Shown here one piece after another: positions 26,220-36,368 of a stretch of DNA of 64,000 bases. The notes under the pieces are model-generated. The model had not been told where the DNA came from and searched no databases. It worked only from the letters and a program-made list of their open reading frames with translations. Made by a program: the position numbers and the translations under genes. Numbering within the stretch: position 1 is the stretch's first letter; each line of letters begins with the position of its first letter. The DNA is from Thermoproteota archaeon (GTDB lineage Archaea; Korarchaeota; Korarchaeia; Korarchaeales; Korarchaeaceae), in assembly GCA_027491915.1 (NCBI GenBank), contig JAOZGC010000002.1, positions 224,001 through 288,000 on the forward strand, given 5' to 3'.

Positions 26220-28553
26220 TTGAGGTCTGCCCTGATAAGGGTCTCGGGAGTGGTCCAGGGCGTGGGCTTCAGGCCCTTCGTTCACAGGATGGCCTCCAAG
26301 TGGGGGCTCAGGGGCTACGTGAAGAACATGGGGGGCAGCGAGGTCGAGATACTGGTGGAGGGCAGGGAGGACCAGATAGCCAATTTCCTGAGCTCCCTTT
26401 TCACGGAGAAACCTCCGCCCGCCAAGATAGAGGAGCTCTCCCTGCGGGAAGTCCCGCCATCCGGGTCCATCGAGTTCTCCATCCTGCCGAGCGACAGCTC
26501 CCCAAAGCTGCCGTCCATGATCCCACCGGACATAGCCATATGCGAGGGCTGCCTGGCAGAGATCCACGATCCCCGAGACAGGAGGTACAGGTACGCCCTG
26601 AACTCCTGCGCCTGGTGCGGGCCCCGCTTCTCCATGATGGAGAGGCCGCCCTACGATAGGGAGAACACCTCCATGGCGGACTTCCCCCTCTGCGACGATT
26701 GCCTCTCGGAGTACGGGGATCCAGGGAACGTCCGCAGGTTCCACGCCCAGGGCATGAGCTGCCCCGTCTGCGGTCCCAGGCTGTGGCTGGAGGAGCCGTC
26801 GGGCCTCCGGGTCGACTGCGACGACCCGATCTCCGAGGCCGCCTCCCTGATAAGGGAGGGGGAGATAGTGGCGATAAAGGGGATCGGCGGCTACCACGTG
26901 GCGGCCCTGGCGACCGACGACGGCGTGGTCGAGGAGCTCAGGAGGAGGAAGGACAGGCCCCAGAAGCCATTCGCCCTGATGGCCCTGGACCTGGTTACCG
27001 TGGAGAGGTTCGCCGAGATACCCTCGCGGGAGATCAGATCCCTGCTCGCCGGTCCGGAGAGGCCGATAGTGCTCCTCCCGGAGAGGCCCGGATCGGGCCT
27101 CTCCAGGCTGGTGGCCCCGGGTCTGAACGCGGTCGGCTTCATGCTGCCCTACACCGGGGTACACCACCTGCTGCTGGAGGAGGTGCCGGACGGGGTCCTC
27201 ATAATGACCAGCGGAAACGAGAGGGGACGCCCTATGTGCATCGACGAGGAGTGCGCCAGGCGGAGGCTGTCCGGGATCGTGGATCACATACTCCAGCACA
27301 ACAGGAGGATAGTCAACAGGGTTGACGACAGCGTGGTCAGGCTGACCGCCGGGAGGGTGACTTTCCTCCGCAGGAGCCGGGGGTACGCCCCCTCCTGGAT
27401 AAGGCTTCCCTTCAGGCTGGAGAGGCCAGTCATCGCCTTCGGAGCCGAGCTCCAGAACGCCGGTGCGGTCGCCTTCGAGGACAAGCTGATCCCCACCCAG
27501 TTCGTCGGGGACACGGACGAGTACGAGAACCTGACGTACCTCGAGAGGGCCTTGGAGTTCCTCGTCAGGTCCTATCGACTGGACCTGTCCGAGGCGGTCC
27601 TGGCCGCCGACATGCACCCGAGCTACTCGTCCAGGAGGTTGGCCGAGCTCTGGTCGATGGAGAGGGGGATGGAGCTCGTTCTTGTACAGCACCACCACGC
27701 CCACGCGGTCTCGGTGGCCGCGGAGCTCGGCGTCGACGGGGACTGGGTCGGGGTGGCCGTCGCCGCGGACGGGCTGGGCTACGGGCTGGACGGGACCCTG
27801 TGGGGCGGAGAGGTTCTCAAGTTCTCCTACCGCGGGGCGGAGAGGTTTGCCTCCCTGACTCCGGTGCCGATGCCGGGGGGAGACGCCGCCACCAGGAGAC
27901 CCCCCAGGATGCTGATAGGGGTCCTGTCGACCTTCATGGGGGACGACGAGGTGAAGGAGATCCTGCGCTCGAGGGGAATAGTGGATCACCTGCCCGGGGG
28001 GGAGGGAGAGGTGGATATCGCCCTTGCGCAGGCTAGGTCCGGCGCGCCTATGATATCCAGCGTCGGCCGGGTCATGGACGCGGCCGCCTCCCTCCTGGGG
28101 GTGTGCCACGTCAGGACCTACGAGGGGGAGCCAGCCATGAAGCTGGAGGCGGCGGCCGCGGCCGCCGACCCGCTGGAGTACTCCCTCGTCAGGAGGGACG
28201 GCATAGTCAGGGTGGACCTCCGCCGCACTTTCGAGTCCCTCATAGAGAGGAGGGAGGACGGTGTCCCCGCCCTGGCTGGCGCCTTCATATCCTCCCTGGG
28301 GGAGGCGCTGGGATCCGCCGCGGCGGAGGCCGCCGACTCCCTGGGGGTGGACCTGGTGGTCGCGAGCGGCGGGGCCGCCGTGAACACCCTCTTCATCTCG
28401 GCCATGGAGCGGGCGCTCTCGGAGTCCGGGATCAGGCTGGTTCTGAACTCCAAGCTCCCGCCGGGTGACGGCGGGGTGGCGGCGGGACAGGCCGTCTCCG
28501 CCGGACTTGGCGTTCCCTCCTATGAGAGGCCGAGGGCCACCCCTCCCCAGTAG
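26220..28553 (+). CDS. hypF: Hydrogenase maturation carbamoyltransferase HypF
   Basis: GVVQGVGFRPF, two zinc fingers, KGIGGYH, QHHHAH, PPGDGG. Confidence 0.96.
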   Translation: MRSALIRVSGVVQGVGFRPFVHRMASKWGLRGYVKNMGGSEVEILVEGREDQIANFLSSLFTEKPPPAKIEELSLREVPPSGSIEFSILPSDSSPKLPSMIPPDIAICEGCLAEIHDPRDRRYRYALNSCAWCGPRFSMMERPPYDRENTSMADFPLCDDCLSEYGDPGNVRRFHAQGMSCPVCGPRLWLEEPSGLRVDCDDPISEAASLIREGEIVAIKGIGGYHVAALATDDGVVEELRRRKDRPQKPFALMALDLVTVERFAEIPSREIRSLLAGPERPIVLLPERPGSGLSRLVAPGLNAVGFMLPYTGVHHLLLEEVPDGVLIMTSGNERGRPMCIDEECARRRLSGIVDHILQHNRRIVNRVDDSVVRLTAGRVTFLRRSRGYAPSWIRLPFRLERPVIAFGAELQNAGAVAFEDKLIPTQFVGDTDEYENLTYLERALEFLVRSYRLDLSEAVLAADMHPSYSSRRLAELWSMERGMELVLVQHHHAHAVSVAAELGVDGDWVGVAVAADGLGYGLDGTLWGGEVLKFSYRGAERFASLTPVPMPGGDAATRRPPRMLIGVLSTFMGDDEVKEILRSRGIVDHLPGGEGEVDIALAQARSGAPMISSVGRVMDAAASLLGVCHVRTYEGEPAMKLEAAAAAADPLEYSLVRRDGIVRVDLRRTFESLIERREDGVPALAGAFISSLGEALGSAAAEAADSLGVDLVVASGGAAVNTLFISAMERALSESGIRLVLNSKLPPGDGGVAAGQAVSAGLGVPSYERPRATPPQ

Positions 28554-30646
28554 ACGGCCGCGGCCAGTAGGATGGCCATCGCTATCTCGTAGGCGACGAC
28601 CCTCCAGACGTACTTGACGTACCTGAGCTCCTGCTTTATCGCCGCCAGGGTGGCCACGCAGGGGGTGTATGTCATCATCGCCACCGTGAGGGCGAGGGAC
28701 TGGAGCGGAGTCATCCCCAGGGCCCGGAGGGCCCCCGCGGGATCGGGGGCCCCGGTCGTCGTCACCAGGATGCTTATCACGGCCTCTTTGGCCAAGAACC
28801 CGGCCTCGAACGCGAGCATCATCCTCCAGTCGGGCAGGCCCACCAGGGATCCCAGGGGGGCCAGGGCCTTCCCCAGGGCGGCGGCGAAGGTCCCCTCAAC
28901 CGAAGAGGGATCCGACTCGAGGGCCGCCTGGGGCACGAACCCCGACGGGCCGAAGTGGAGCAGGAACCACAGGGCGACCGTGAACCCGAGTATGAGGGTC
29001 CCAGCCTTCGTCAGGAAGTGCTCCGTGTTGGTCCTCGCGTACCACCATATCACCTTCAGGCTCGGCCGGTGGTAGGGGGGTATCTCCATCACCAGCTCCG
29101 GAGCCGACCTAACCCTGAACATGAACCTGCTGATCAGGGCGCTGACCGCCAGCCACAGGACAACGGAGAGGGAGTACATGGCCAGCATCACCAGGGCCTG
29201 CCCGCCCGGATCACGGGTCACCCCGCCCGCGAGGGCGAGCATGACCACCAGCCTGGCCTGGCACGGTATTATCGGGGAGGTCATGGCCATTATCATCCTC
29301 TCCCTGTCGTCGTCCAGCGCCCGGGTGGCCATGACCGCCGGCACGTTGCATCCAAACCCAACCACGGCGGGGAAGACGGATCTCCCGGAGAGGCCGAATT
29401 TCCTGAGGAATTTGTGCAGGGAGACCGCCGACCTGGCCAGGATCCCGGTGTCCTGTAGGGCTCCGAGGAGCAGGTAGACCGTCAGGACCAGGGGGAGGAA
29501 GCTGAGCACCGCGCCGACCCCCGAGATCACCCCGTCGCACACCAGACTGACGAGCCACCCGGGCGCCCCCGAGTTGGAGAGCGCGGCCGACGCCTCCGCC
29601 CCAAGCCACTCGAAGAAGCCGCCGAGCAGTCCCGTGAGGCTTAGTTCCTCCACCGCCTCGGCCAGGTCAGGCATGCCGCCCAGGTAGAGGATCAGGTTCA
29701 GCGGGAAACCCATGTTCGCGACGAAGGCCAAGAAGAAGGTCCCAAGCATGACCCCCAGGGAGAATATGGGCCCGCCCAGTGGGTGGAGGGCCACCCGATC
29801 CAGGGCCTCGGAGAGGCCGCTCCCGAGAAGCCTGGTCCTCCTGACCCTCCCCCTGAGAAGCCGGTCTATGTACCTGTACCTGGACTCCACAGCCACCTGA
29901 TCCGGGGGGATCCTGAGGTCGATCCCCGCCTCCGACCTGACGCGCTCCGCCTCCGACTTAACCTCCTCGGAGTACCTCCCGGCGGCCTCGGCCACCTTGG
30001 GATCCCCTTCCAAGAGCCTGAGGGCGGCCCACCTGGCTGGGATGGACTCCTTCCAACCAGATTTGACGAGCAGCTTCTCGATCCTCGATATGTAGGGCTC
30101 TAAACCGTCGTAGTCTATCCTCAGGGGGTGTTTCCTCCCCTCCCTCCCCTCTGCGACCGCCAGCACCCTATCCAGCAGGGCCCCTATCCCCTCACCCCTG
30201 AGGGCCGATATCCCCACCACCGGCACCCCCAGCGCCGCGGAGATGCCCTGCAGGTCCACGTGGATGGCCCTCCTGGCGGCCACGTCCATCATGTTGACCG
30301 CAACCACCACCCTTGGGGTGATCTCCATCACCATCAGCGGCAGGTACATGGTCCTCTCGAGGGCGGTGGCGTCGGCCAGGACCACGACCACGTCCGGCCT
30401 CTCCGATATCAGGAACTCCCTGGCCACCCTCTCGGCCTCCTCGGTCACCCCGCCTATGCTGTAGGTTCCGGGCAGGTCGACTATCCTCATCTCGACGCCG
30501 TGATGGGACGTCCTTCCCTCCCTCAACTCCACGGTTACCCCGGGCCAATTGGCCACGTGGGCCGTCGCCCCGGTCAGGGCGTTGAACAGGGTGCTTTTTC
30601 CTACGTTGGGATTCCCGGCCAGCGCCACCAAGATCTCCCTGCTCAA
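28520..30646 (-). CDS. feoB: Ferrous iron transporter FeoB
   Basis: GNPNVGKS, NWPGVTVE, DLPG, NMMD, GFGCNVPA, PCQAR, YTPC; TTG 30646 coupled to feoA stop. Confidence 0.96.
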   Translation of the reverse strand: MSREILVALAGNPNVGKSTLFNALTGATAHVANWPGVTVELREGRTSHHGVEMRIVDLPGTYSIGGVTEEAERVAREFLISERPDVVVVLADATALERTMYLPLMVMEITPRVVVAVNMMDVAARRAIHVDLQGISAALGVPVVGISALRGEGIGALLDRVLAVAEGREGRKHPLRIDYDGLEPYISRIEKLLVKSGWKESIPARWAALRLLEGDPKVAEAAGRYSEEVKSEAERVRSEAGIDLRIPPDQVAVESRYRYIDRLLRGRVRRTRLLGSGLSEALDRVALHPLGGPIFSLGVMLGTFFLAFVANMGFPLNLILYLGGMPDLAEAVEELSLTGLLGGFFEWLGAEASAALSNSGAPGWLVSLVCDGVISGVGAVLSFLPLVLTVYLLLGALQDTGILARSAVSLHKFLRKFGLSGRSVFPAVVGFGCNVPAVMATRALDDDRERMIMAMTSPIIPCQARLVVMLALAGGVTRDPGGQALVMLAMYSLSVVLWLAVSALISRFMFRVRSAPELVMEIPPYHRPSLKVIWWYARTNTEHFLTKAGTLILGFTVALWFLLHFGPSGFVPQAALESDPSSVEGTFAAALGKALAPLGSLVGLPDWRMMLAFEAGFLAKEAVISILVTTTGAPDPAGALRALGMTPLQSLALTVAMMTYTPCVATLAAIKQELRYVKYVWRVVAYEIAMAILLAAAVYWGGVALGLS

Positions 30647-30924
30647 CCGGTCACCTCCACCATTATCTTGGAGGCGAGCCCCCTCCCTATCGCCAGGGTT
30701 ACCCCGCGCGAGGACACCACGACCGGACCAGCCGAGTTGGCCACCACGGTCACGGGGCTCCCGGGCGTCAGCCCCATCTCCATTATCCTCCTGATCTGCC
30801 CCCTGCCCCCGCCTATCCACCTCACCACCCCGGCCCCTCCCGGGGGGACGGCCGTCAGGGGGATCAGGTTCCCGGATCCGGGCGGCGGGGGCGGCCCGCC
30901 CGCACGACCCCTCCTCCACCTCAT
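30643..30924 (-). CDS. feoA: FeoA
   Basis: RRIMEMGLTPG...GPVVV...LAIGRGLASKI. Confidence 0.9.
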   Translation of the reverse strand: MRWRRGRAGGPPPPPGSGNLIPLTAVPPGGAGVVRWIGGGRGQIRRIMEMGLTPGSPVTVVANSAGPVVVSSRGVTLAIGRGLASKIMVEVTG

Positions 30925-30937
30925 GCCGGATCACGAG

Positions 30938-30951
30938 TTAGGTGCTCCTAA
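30938..30951. promoter_or_regulatory. DtxR-family operator candidate
   Basis: TTAGG-TGCT-CCTAA between the feoAB TATA (30952-30963, minus strand) and the feoA start. Confidence 0.7.
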
Positions 30952-31116
30952 TTTTAGTATAAGATCTTTTCCATCAGCCCTGGGAGGCCCGCGGCCCGCC
31001 CGGCCTCACGCCGGGCCGCCCCTCCTCTTCTATTACCATAGTAAAAACCATCACCTTTATATCTGTTTCGTTGTTCAACGCGCAACCTCGCTCCGCGAGG
31101 TTTGGGGGGAACTTTG

Positions 31117-32367
31117 ATGGCAGATTCGTCTATCTCCCCAGGAGCAACCGGTTCTGGGGGGCTGCCGCTGAGGAGGAGAGACTTCCTGAAGCTCTCCTCC
31201 GCGGCCTCCCTCCTGGCCATGGCCAACTGGGGAACCTTCCAGAAGGTGGTGGCCGAGACGCTGCAGGGAGGGGCCGTGAACCTGTTCTGGCTCGAAGCCC
31301 AGGACTGCGCCGGGAACACCATATCCCTGATAGAGGCCGACGCCCCCAGCCTGGTCCAGGTTCTGGTGGGCGAGAGCCCCGTGATAGGGCCGGGCAGGGT
31401 CAGGGTCGTCTTCCACGAGACCATAATGCCGGAGTGGGGCGACGAGGCCGTCGCTTACCTGCATAAGGCCGAGAGCGGGGAGCTGGATCCCTACGTCCTT
31501 GTCTTGGAGGGCTCCTTCCCCGACGAGGACGCGGCCGCGAAGACGGGAGGGTGGTGGCTGGTCATAGGAGAGGAGAACGGCCGCCCCCTGACCGGAAACG
31601 AGTGGCTGCGCAGGCTGCTGAGGAGGGCCGTGGCCGTGGTGGCCGTGGGGAACTGCGCCTCCTACGGCGGCATACCGTCGGCCAAGGTGCTCGATCCCAA
31701 CGGCTACTCCGCCGACGGTTTCAACGTGACGGGCGCCAGGGGTTTCTTCGACGATCCCGTCAGGGGTCTGGAGGGAATGATACGCAAGCTGGACACCGCC
31801 GCCCCGTTCCTGAACTTCATAGAGGGGAGGTGCACCCCGGAGGTCTCCCCGACCAGCAACTGCAGGCCGGCGGTGGCAGTGCCCGGGTGCCCGGCGAATG
31901 GAAACGCCATACTGAGGACCCTGGGCCACCTGGTCCTGGCGGTGGACGGCCTGCTGCCGCTGCCCGAACTGGACGAGTACTGGAGGCCCAAGTACATATT
32001 CGGCGCGTCGACCCACGAGCAGTGCCCGAGGGCCGGGTTCTACGCCGCCGGGGACTTCAGGGAGCACGCCGGGGACGGCGACCTCAGGTGCCTGTTCAAC
32101 GTCGGGTGCAAGGGCCCCGTGAGCAACTGCCCGTGGAACAGGGTGGGCTGGATACAGGGGATAGGGGGGCCCACCAGGACCGGAGGGGTCTGCATAGGGT
32201 GCACCATGCCGGGATTCCCCGACGCCTTCGAGCCCTTCTACAAGCCGCTCCAGGCCCCGCTGCCTCCTGACATCGTCACGGTCGGCGGGCTGACGGCGGC
32301 CGCCGCGGTGGCCGGCGCGGCCGTCGGGTACCTGTCCACGAGAGAGGCCAGGAAGGGGGGTGAGTGA
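31117..32367 (+). CDS. hynS: [NiFe] hydrogenase small subunit, Tat signal and C-terminal TM anchor
   Basis: RRRDFLK; QDCAGN, GNCASYGG, PGCP, HEQCPR, CLFNVGCKGP, CIGC. Confidence 0.93.
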   Translation: MADSSISPGATGSGGLPLRRRDFLKLSSAASLLAMANWGTFQKVVAETLQGGAVNLFWLEAQDCAGNTISLIEADAPSLVQVLVGESPVIGPGRVRVVFHETIMPEWGDEAVAYLHKAESGELDPYVLVLEGSFPDEDAAAKTGGWWLVIGEENGRPLTGNEWLRRLLRRAVAVVAVGNCASYGGIPSAKVLDPNGYSADGFNVTGARGFFDDPVRGLEGMIRKLDTAAPFLNFIEGRCTPEVSPTSNCRPAVAVPGCPANGNAILRTLGHLVLAVDGLLPLPELDEYWRPKYIFGASTHEQCPRAGFYAAGDFREHAGDGDLRCLFNVGCKGPVSNCPWNRVGWIQGIGGPTRTGGVCIGCTMPGFPDAFEPFYKPLQAPLPPDIVTVGGLTAAAAVAGAAVGYLSTREARKGGE

Positions 32368-34142
32368 GCGTGGGAGAGAAGGTAATGTTCATAGATCCCA
32401 TAACCAGGATAGAGGGTCACCTGGGCCTGAGGGCCGTGGTGGACACCGACACCAGGCAGGTCAGCGACGCGTGGGCCTTTGCGGCCATGTTCAGGGGATT
32501 CGAGGTCTTCCTCCGAGGCAGGGAGCCGCCCGACGCCATACACATAACCAGCCGGATCTGCGGGGTGTGCGCGGCCAGCCACTCGAACGCGTCCGTGATA
32601 GCCAACGACATGGCCCTCGGCGCGGTCCCGTATCCCTTCGGCGTGGCCATCAGGAACCTGGCCTGGGCGGCCACCGACCACATGTACGACCACCCCACCC
32701 ACCTGAACATCCTGGCCGGACCGGACTACAGCGCGGCGATCGTGGGCAGGTTCACGCCCAGCGTGCTGGACGAGGCCAGACAGACCCACGCCGAGAGGAG
32801 CGACATCCACGGATTCTCCACCATAGGAGACCTGCTGGAGGGGCTCAACCCGCTCCAGGGTAAGATATACATAACCGCCCTCAAGATGCAGAAGGTGGCC
32901 AGGCAGGCGGGGGTCCTGCTCTACGGCAGGCACCCGCACCCGTCCACACTCGTCCCGGGAGGAATAGGGACCACGGTCACCCCGGACACCCTGATAGAAT
33001 ACTCCTACAGGCTCACCAAGCTCACCGCCTGGATGAAGATGGTCGTCGCCATATGGGACGACATAGCTGATTTCTTCAACGAGAACGGGTATGAGAGGCA
33101 GGGTCTAACCTACGAGAGGCCCAATCTGCTCTCGGTCGGTCTGTTCGAGGATCCAGAGACTTACTCCTCCATGGGAGAGAGCTACGAGGAGATATACCAC
33201 AACATGGACGAGGCCGCTGAGAAGAGGTGGGTGAAGCCCGGGCTCATACTGGACGGGGAGCTGGTCTCCACCAAGCACAGCGACATGAACGTTGGGACCA
33301 TAGAGGTCGTCGACTACGGGTTCTACAGGGACTGGGAGTCCCACTTCGTGGACGCCGATCCCAACGGGACCCCCGTCGTCTGGGGCAACTCCGACCTGGC
33401 CAAGTATCATCCCTGGAACAAGACCACCATACCTAATCCGGTCGCCCAGGACTGGGCCTCCAAGTACACCTGGGCCGGGACCGTCAGGTACGTCAAGAGG
33501 AACGGCGAGATAAGGCCGCTCGAGGTCGGCCCGATAGCGAGGATGTGGGCGACGGCGCTGGCCATGGGGGGCAGCGTGAGGTTCGAGCTGCCCAGGACCA
33601 ACGGCGTGCTGGAGCTCCCCGAGGGGACTTGGGGAGAGATGGAGTTCGAGTGGCGTCCGCCGAGGGTCGGGGCCTCCACCACCGTAGAGAGGATGAGGGC
33701 GAGGGCCTACAACGTAGCGTACGACGCCGCCGGCGCCTGGAACTCCCTGGTCTTGGCCCTCGGTCTCGTGAAGAGCGGGAACACCGCCCAGTCCAGACCG
33801 TGGAAGCAGCCCTCCCACGCCGTGGCCATAGGGTTCAACGAGGCTCCCAGGGGCAGCGTGAGGCACTGGATGGTGGTGGACAACTACAAGATAACCAACT
33901 ACCAGATACACGCCCCGACGACCGCTAACCTTTCCCCCAGGGACAGGTGGGGGATCCAGGGACCCTACGAGATGTCCGTCATCCACAGTGTCGTGACGGA
34001 GGAGGGCGGTCCGGACGAGTGGTCCGGCCTCGACTTCGTCAGGGCCATAAGGAGCTTCGACCCGTGCCTCGCCTGCACCGTCCACATATTCGCCGGCTCC
34101 AGGAAGATAGAGAGGCTGATCAACCCCGCCTGCGGGCTGTGA
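32364..34142 (+). CDS. hynL: [NiFe] hydrogenase large subunit (group 1, probably 1g-like)
   Basis: DPITRIEGH, L1 SRICGVCAASH, EAPRG, L2 SFDPCLACTVH plus cleavable tail. Confidence 0.95.
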   Translation: MSVGEKVMFIDPITRIEGHLGLRAVVDTDTRQVSDAWAFAAMFRGFEVFLRGREPPDAIHITSRICGVCAASHSNASVIANDMALGAVPYPFGVAIRNLAWAATDHMYDHPTHLNILAGPDYSAAIVGRFTPSVLDEARQTHAERSDIHGFSTIGDLLEGLNPLQGKIYITALKMQKVARQAGVLLYGRHPHPSTLVPGGIGTTVTPDTLIEYSYRLTKLTAWMKMVVAIWDDIADFFNENGYERQGLTYERPNLLSVGLFEDPETYSSMGESYEEIYHNMDEAAEKRWVKPGLILDGELVSTKHSDMNVGTIEVVDYGFYRDWESHFVDADPNGTPVVWGNSDLAKYHPWNKTTIPNPVAQDWASKYTWAGTVRYVKRNGEIRPLEVGPIARMWATALAMGGSVRFELPRTNGVLELPEGTWGEMEFEWRPPRVGASTTVERMRARAYNVAYDAAGAWNSLVLALGLVKSGNTAQSRPWKQPSHAVAIGFNEAPRGSVRHWMVVDNYKITNYQIHAPTTANLSPRDRWGIQGPYEMSVIHSVVTEEGGPDEWSGLDFVRAIRSFDPCLACTVHIFAGSRKIERLINPACGL

Positions 34143-34153
34143 GGCGATAGGAT

Positions 34154-34963
34154 ATGCAGCCCGTACCGGCGACTGATCTCTACAACCTGGCCGTCTACAG
34201 CCTGCTCCCCGTGACCATATTCGTGTTCGTGGCCGGCATGTTCTACAGGATATCCAGGTACGTCTCCACCTGGAAGAGGCCTAGGGCGTCCTCCCCCAAG
34301 AGGGGGAAGGGATTCGGGGGCGCCGTGGTCGGCCTGATAATGACCTTCCTCCACCCAATAATCTTCAGCCTGAAGAAGGAGAGATCCATGTTCACCACGG
34401 GGCTGCTGGCAATGCACGTCCTGGGGGTGATACCCCTGCTCTTCCTCCTCGCCCACCACGTCGTGTGGTGGGCCTACTTCTTCCCACCCTACGCGGCCCT
34501 GAAACCCCTGGCCATACCGACCAGCTCCGTCAGCTCCTACCTGTCGCTCTCCGCCCCCGTCCACCCGGCCTCCTCCATGTCCTTTGACTTCGTCAACACG
34601 GTGTGGGGACCCCTAACCGCGGTCCTCAACGGGGACGTCCTGGCCGTCATCGCGACGGTGGCCGTAGGCTACAAGGTACTCGAGAGGATACCCAAGATCT
34701 CCGGCGGGAGGAGGTACATCAGGATAGGGGACTTCGTCGCCCTCCTGCTGCTCTTCGCAATAATAGTCTCCGGATACGTGGCCACCCACCACATGCTCGG
34801 CCCCGACATGAGCGACTACAGGACGGCCCTCGGATTCCACATACTGACGGCCGAGATCCTGGTGATGATACTGCCCTTCACCAAGTTCTTCCACTTCGTC
34901 TTCGGGTACTGGTACGGGAAGCTGCACGAGTGGTACGACCTAGTGTTGAGGAGGGGAGTGTGA
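34154..34963 (+). CDS. isp1: NarI/DsrM-like b-type cytochrome membrane subunit (Isp1-like)
   Basis: About 5 TM helices with His pairs; C-terminal FHILTAE...PFTKFFH. Confidence 0.8.
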   Translation: MQPVPATDLYNLAVYSLLPVTIFVFVAGMFYRISRYVSTWKRPRASSPKRGKGFGGAVVGLIMTFLHPIIFSLKKERSMFTTGLLAMHVLGVIPLLFLLAHHVVWWAYFFPPYAALKPLAIPTSSVSSYLSLSAPVHPASSMSFDFVNTVWGPLTAVLNGDVLAVIATVAVGYKVLERIPKISGGRRYIRIGDFVALLLLFAIIVSGYVATHHMLGPDMSDYRTALGFHILTAEILVMILPFTKFFHFVFGYWYGKLHEWYDLVLRRGV

Positions 34964-36285
34964 TGGCCGCAGAGACGGTCGAGATCAAGAGGGCGGCGGG
35001 CGCCGCCCTGAGGAGGATATCCTCAGCCGAGCTCCACTTCCTGGAGAACTGCGTTGGGTGCGCCCTCTGCGAGTCCGTGTGCCCCTATACGGAGGTTGAT
35101 CCCGGATACGGTCCCGTCAGCAAGGCCGAGCTCCTCAGGAGGATATACAGGAAGGAGATGACCATCTCCGGGATGATACTGGGCCCCCTGGTCCACGCCT
35201 GGATGCCGGGCGCCGGTGACCTGGGGCTGGTCAGGGAGGTCGCCTACAGGTGTACCAACTGCTGGCACTGTTACACGGTCTGCGCGTTCGGCATAAACAG
35301 CGGGACCCTGGTCAACATGCTCCGCACGGTGGTCGACGGGGTCGGCATGACCCCGGCCGTCCTGGCCGAGATGAGGAAGCTGGAGCTCGAGGGGGCGGGC
35401 GGCAAGGCCTCGGCCACCTTGGCCGAGGTCCTGAACAGGGCCGCCAAGGAGATAGGGAAGGACCTGCCCTTCGACAAGAAGGGAGCCAACGTTCTCTACG
35501 TGCCGTGGCCCGTCGAGGCGGCGCTGGACCCCGACTCGGTGGTGGCCACCATAAAGATACTCGACGCCCTGGGTGAGGACTGGAGCATACCCAAAGACCC
35601 TCTCGGACTCAGGGTGCCCGTGGGAAGCCTGGTGGGAGACGTCAAGGCGGCGGAGGAGGCCATGAAATCCTTCAACGATAGGGTCTCCGACCTCTCACCG
35701 AAGATCGTGCTCCTGAGCGACGGCGGATACCCGTACTCCTCGCTCAGGTTCGAGCTGGCCGAGGCCGTGGGCTCGACCCCGTCCTACCGGGTTGTTCACG
35801 TCTCCGAGTACCTCGCCGAGAAGCTCAGGGAGGGTAAGCTCAAGCTCCGCTCCGGATCGGAGAGGGTCACCTGGCACGATCCCTGCAAGCTGGGCAGGTC
35901 GGCCGGGGTCTTCGACGAGCCCAGGGAGGTCCTCAAGGCGGCGACCTCCGGATTTAGGGAGCTGCCCCACAACAGGAAGGACAGCTACTGCGTGGGCGGT
36001 GGCGGCGGCATGGGGTGGCTCTCCGACGAGCTGAGGAAGGTGGCCGAGGAGAAGCTGGGGGTGAAATCCTCCTCCGACGGGGAATCGGAATTCCTCTCGA
36101 AGGCGGATTCCGATCTTAAGAAGGCCATGAAGAGGAAGATGGAAGACGTGAAGAAGTCGGAGGCCGAGATAATCGTCACCGCCTGTCCCATGTGCGTGAA
36201 GACCCTCGTGATGGGATCTCAGATCCACGGACCGGAGATAAAGGTCGAGCACATATCCACCTTCGTGGCTGAGAGGCTGGGCTGA
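34963..36285 (+). CDS. isp2: HdrD/DsrK-like Fe-S protein (Isp2-like)
   Basis: CVGCALCESVCP and CTNCWHCYTVC; HDPCKLGR, YCVGGGG, TACPMC. Confidence 0.82.
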   Translation: MAAETVEIKRAAGAALRRISSAELHFLENCVGCALCESVCPYTEVDPGYGPVSKAELLRRIYRKEMTISGMILGPLVHAWMPGAGDLGLVREVAYRCTNCWHCYTVCAFGINSGTLVNMLRTVVDGVGMTPAVLAEMRKLELEGAGGKASATLAEVLNRAAKEIGKDLPFDKKGANVLYVPWPVEAALDPDSVVATIKILDALGEDWSIPKDPLGLRVPVGSLVGDVKAAEEAMKSFNDRVSDLSPKIVLLSDGGYPYSSLRFELAEAVGSTPSYRVVHVSEYLAEKLREGKLKLRSGSERVTWHDPCKLGRSAGVFDEPREVLKAATSGFRELPHNRKDSYCVGGGGGMGWLSDELRKVAEEKLGVKSSSDGESEFLSKADSDLKKAMKRKMEDVKKSEAEIIVTACPMCVKTLVMGSQIHGPEIKVEHISTFVAERLG

Positions 36286-36368
36286 GGGGCCAGCCTCTCC
36301 CTCTCTCCTCTTTTTCTTCAATCCACCTCGCGGGGCGGCACGAACATTTATCCCTGGTCCCCCCGCCG

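Noticed and set aside
30647-30934. Apparent FeoB N-terminal extension
   Set aside because: Overlaps feoA in another frame; TTGA coupling gives a start at 30646
31066-31080. SurR site (GTT-N3-AAC) at the hydrogenase promoter
   Set aside because: GTTGTTCAAC has the wrong spacing; weak support
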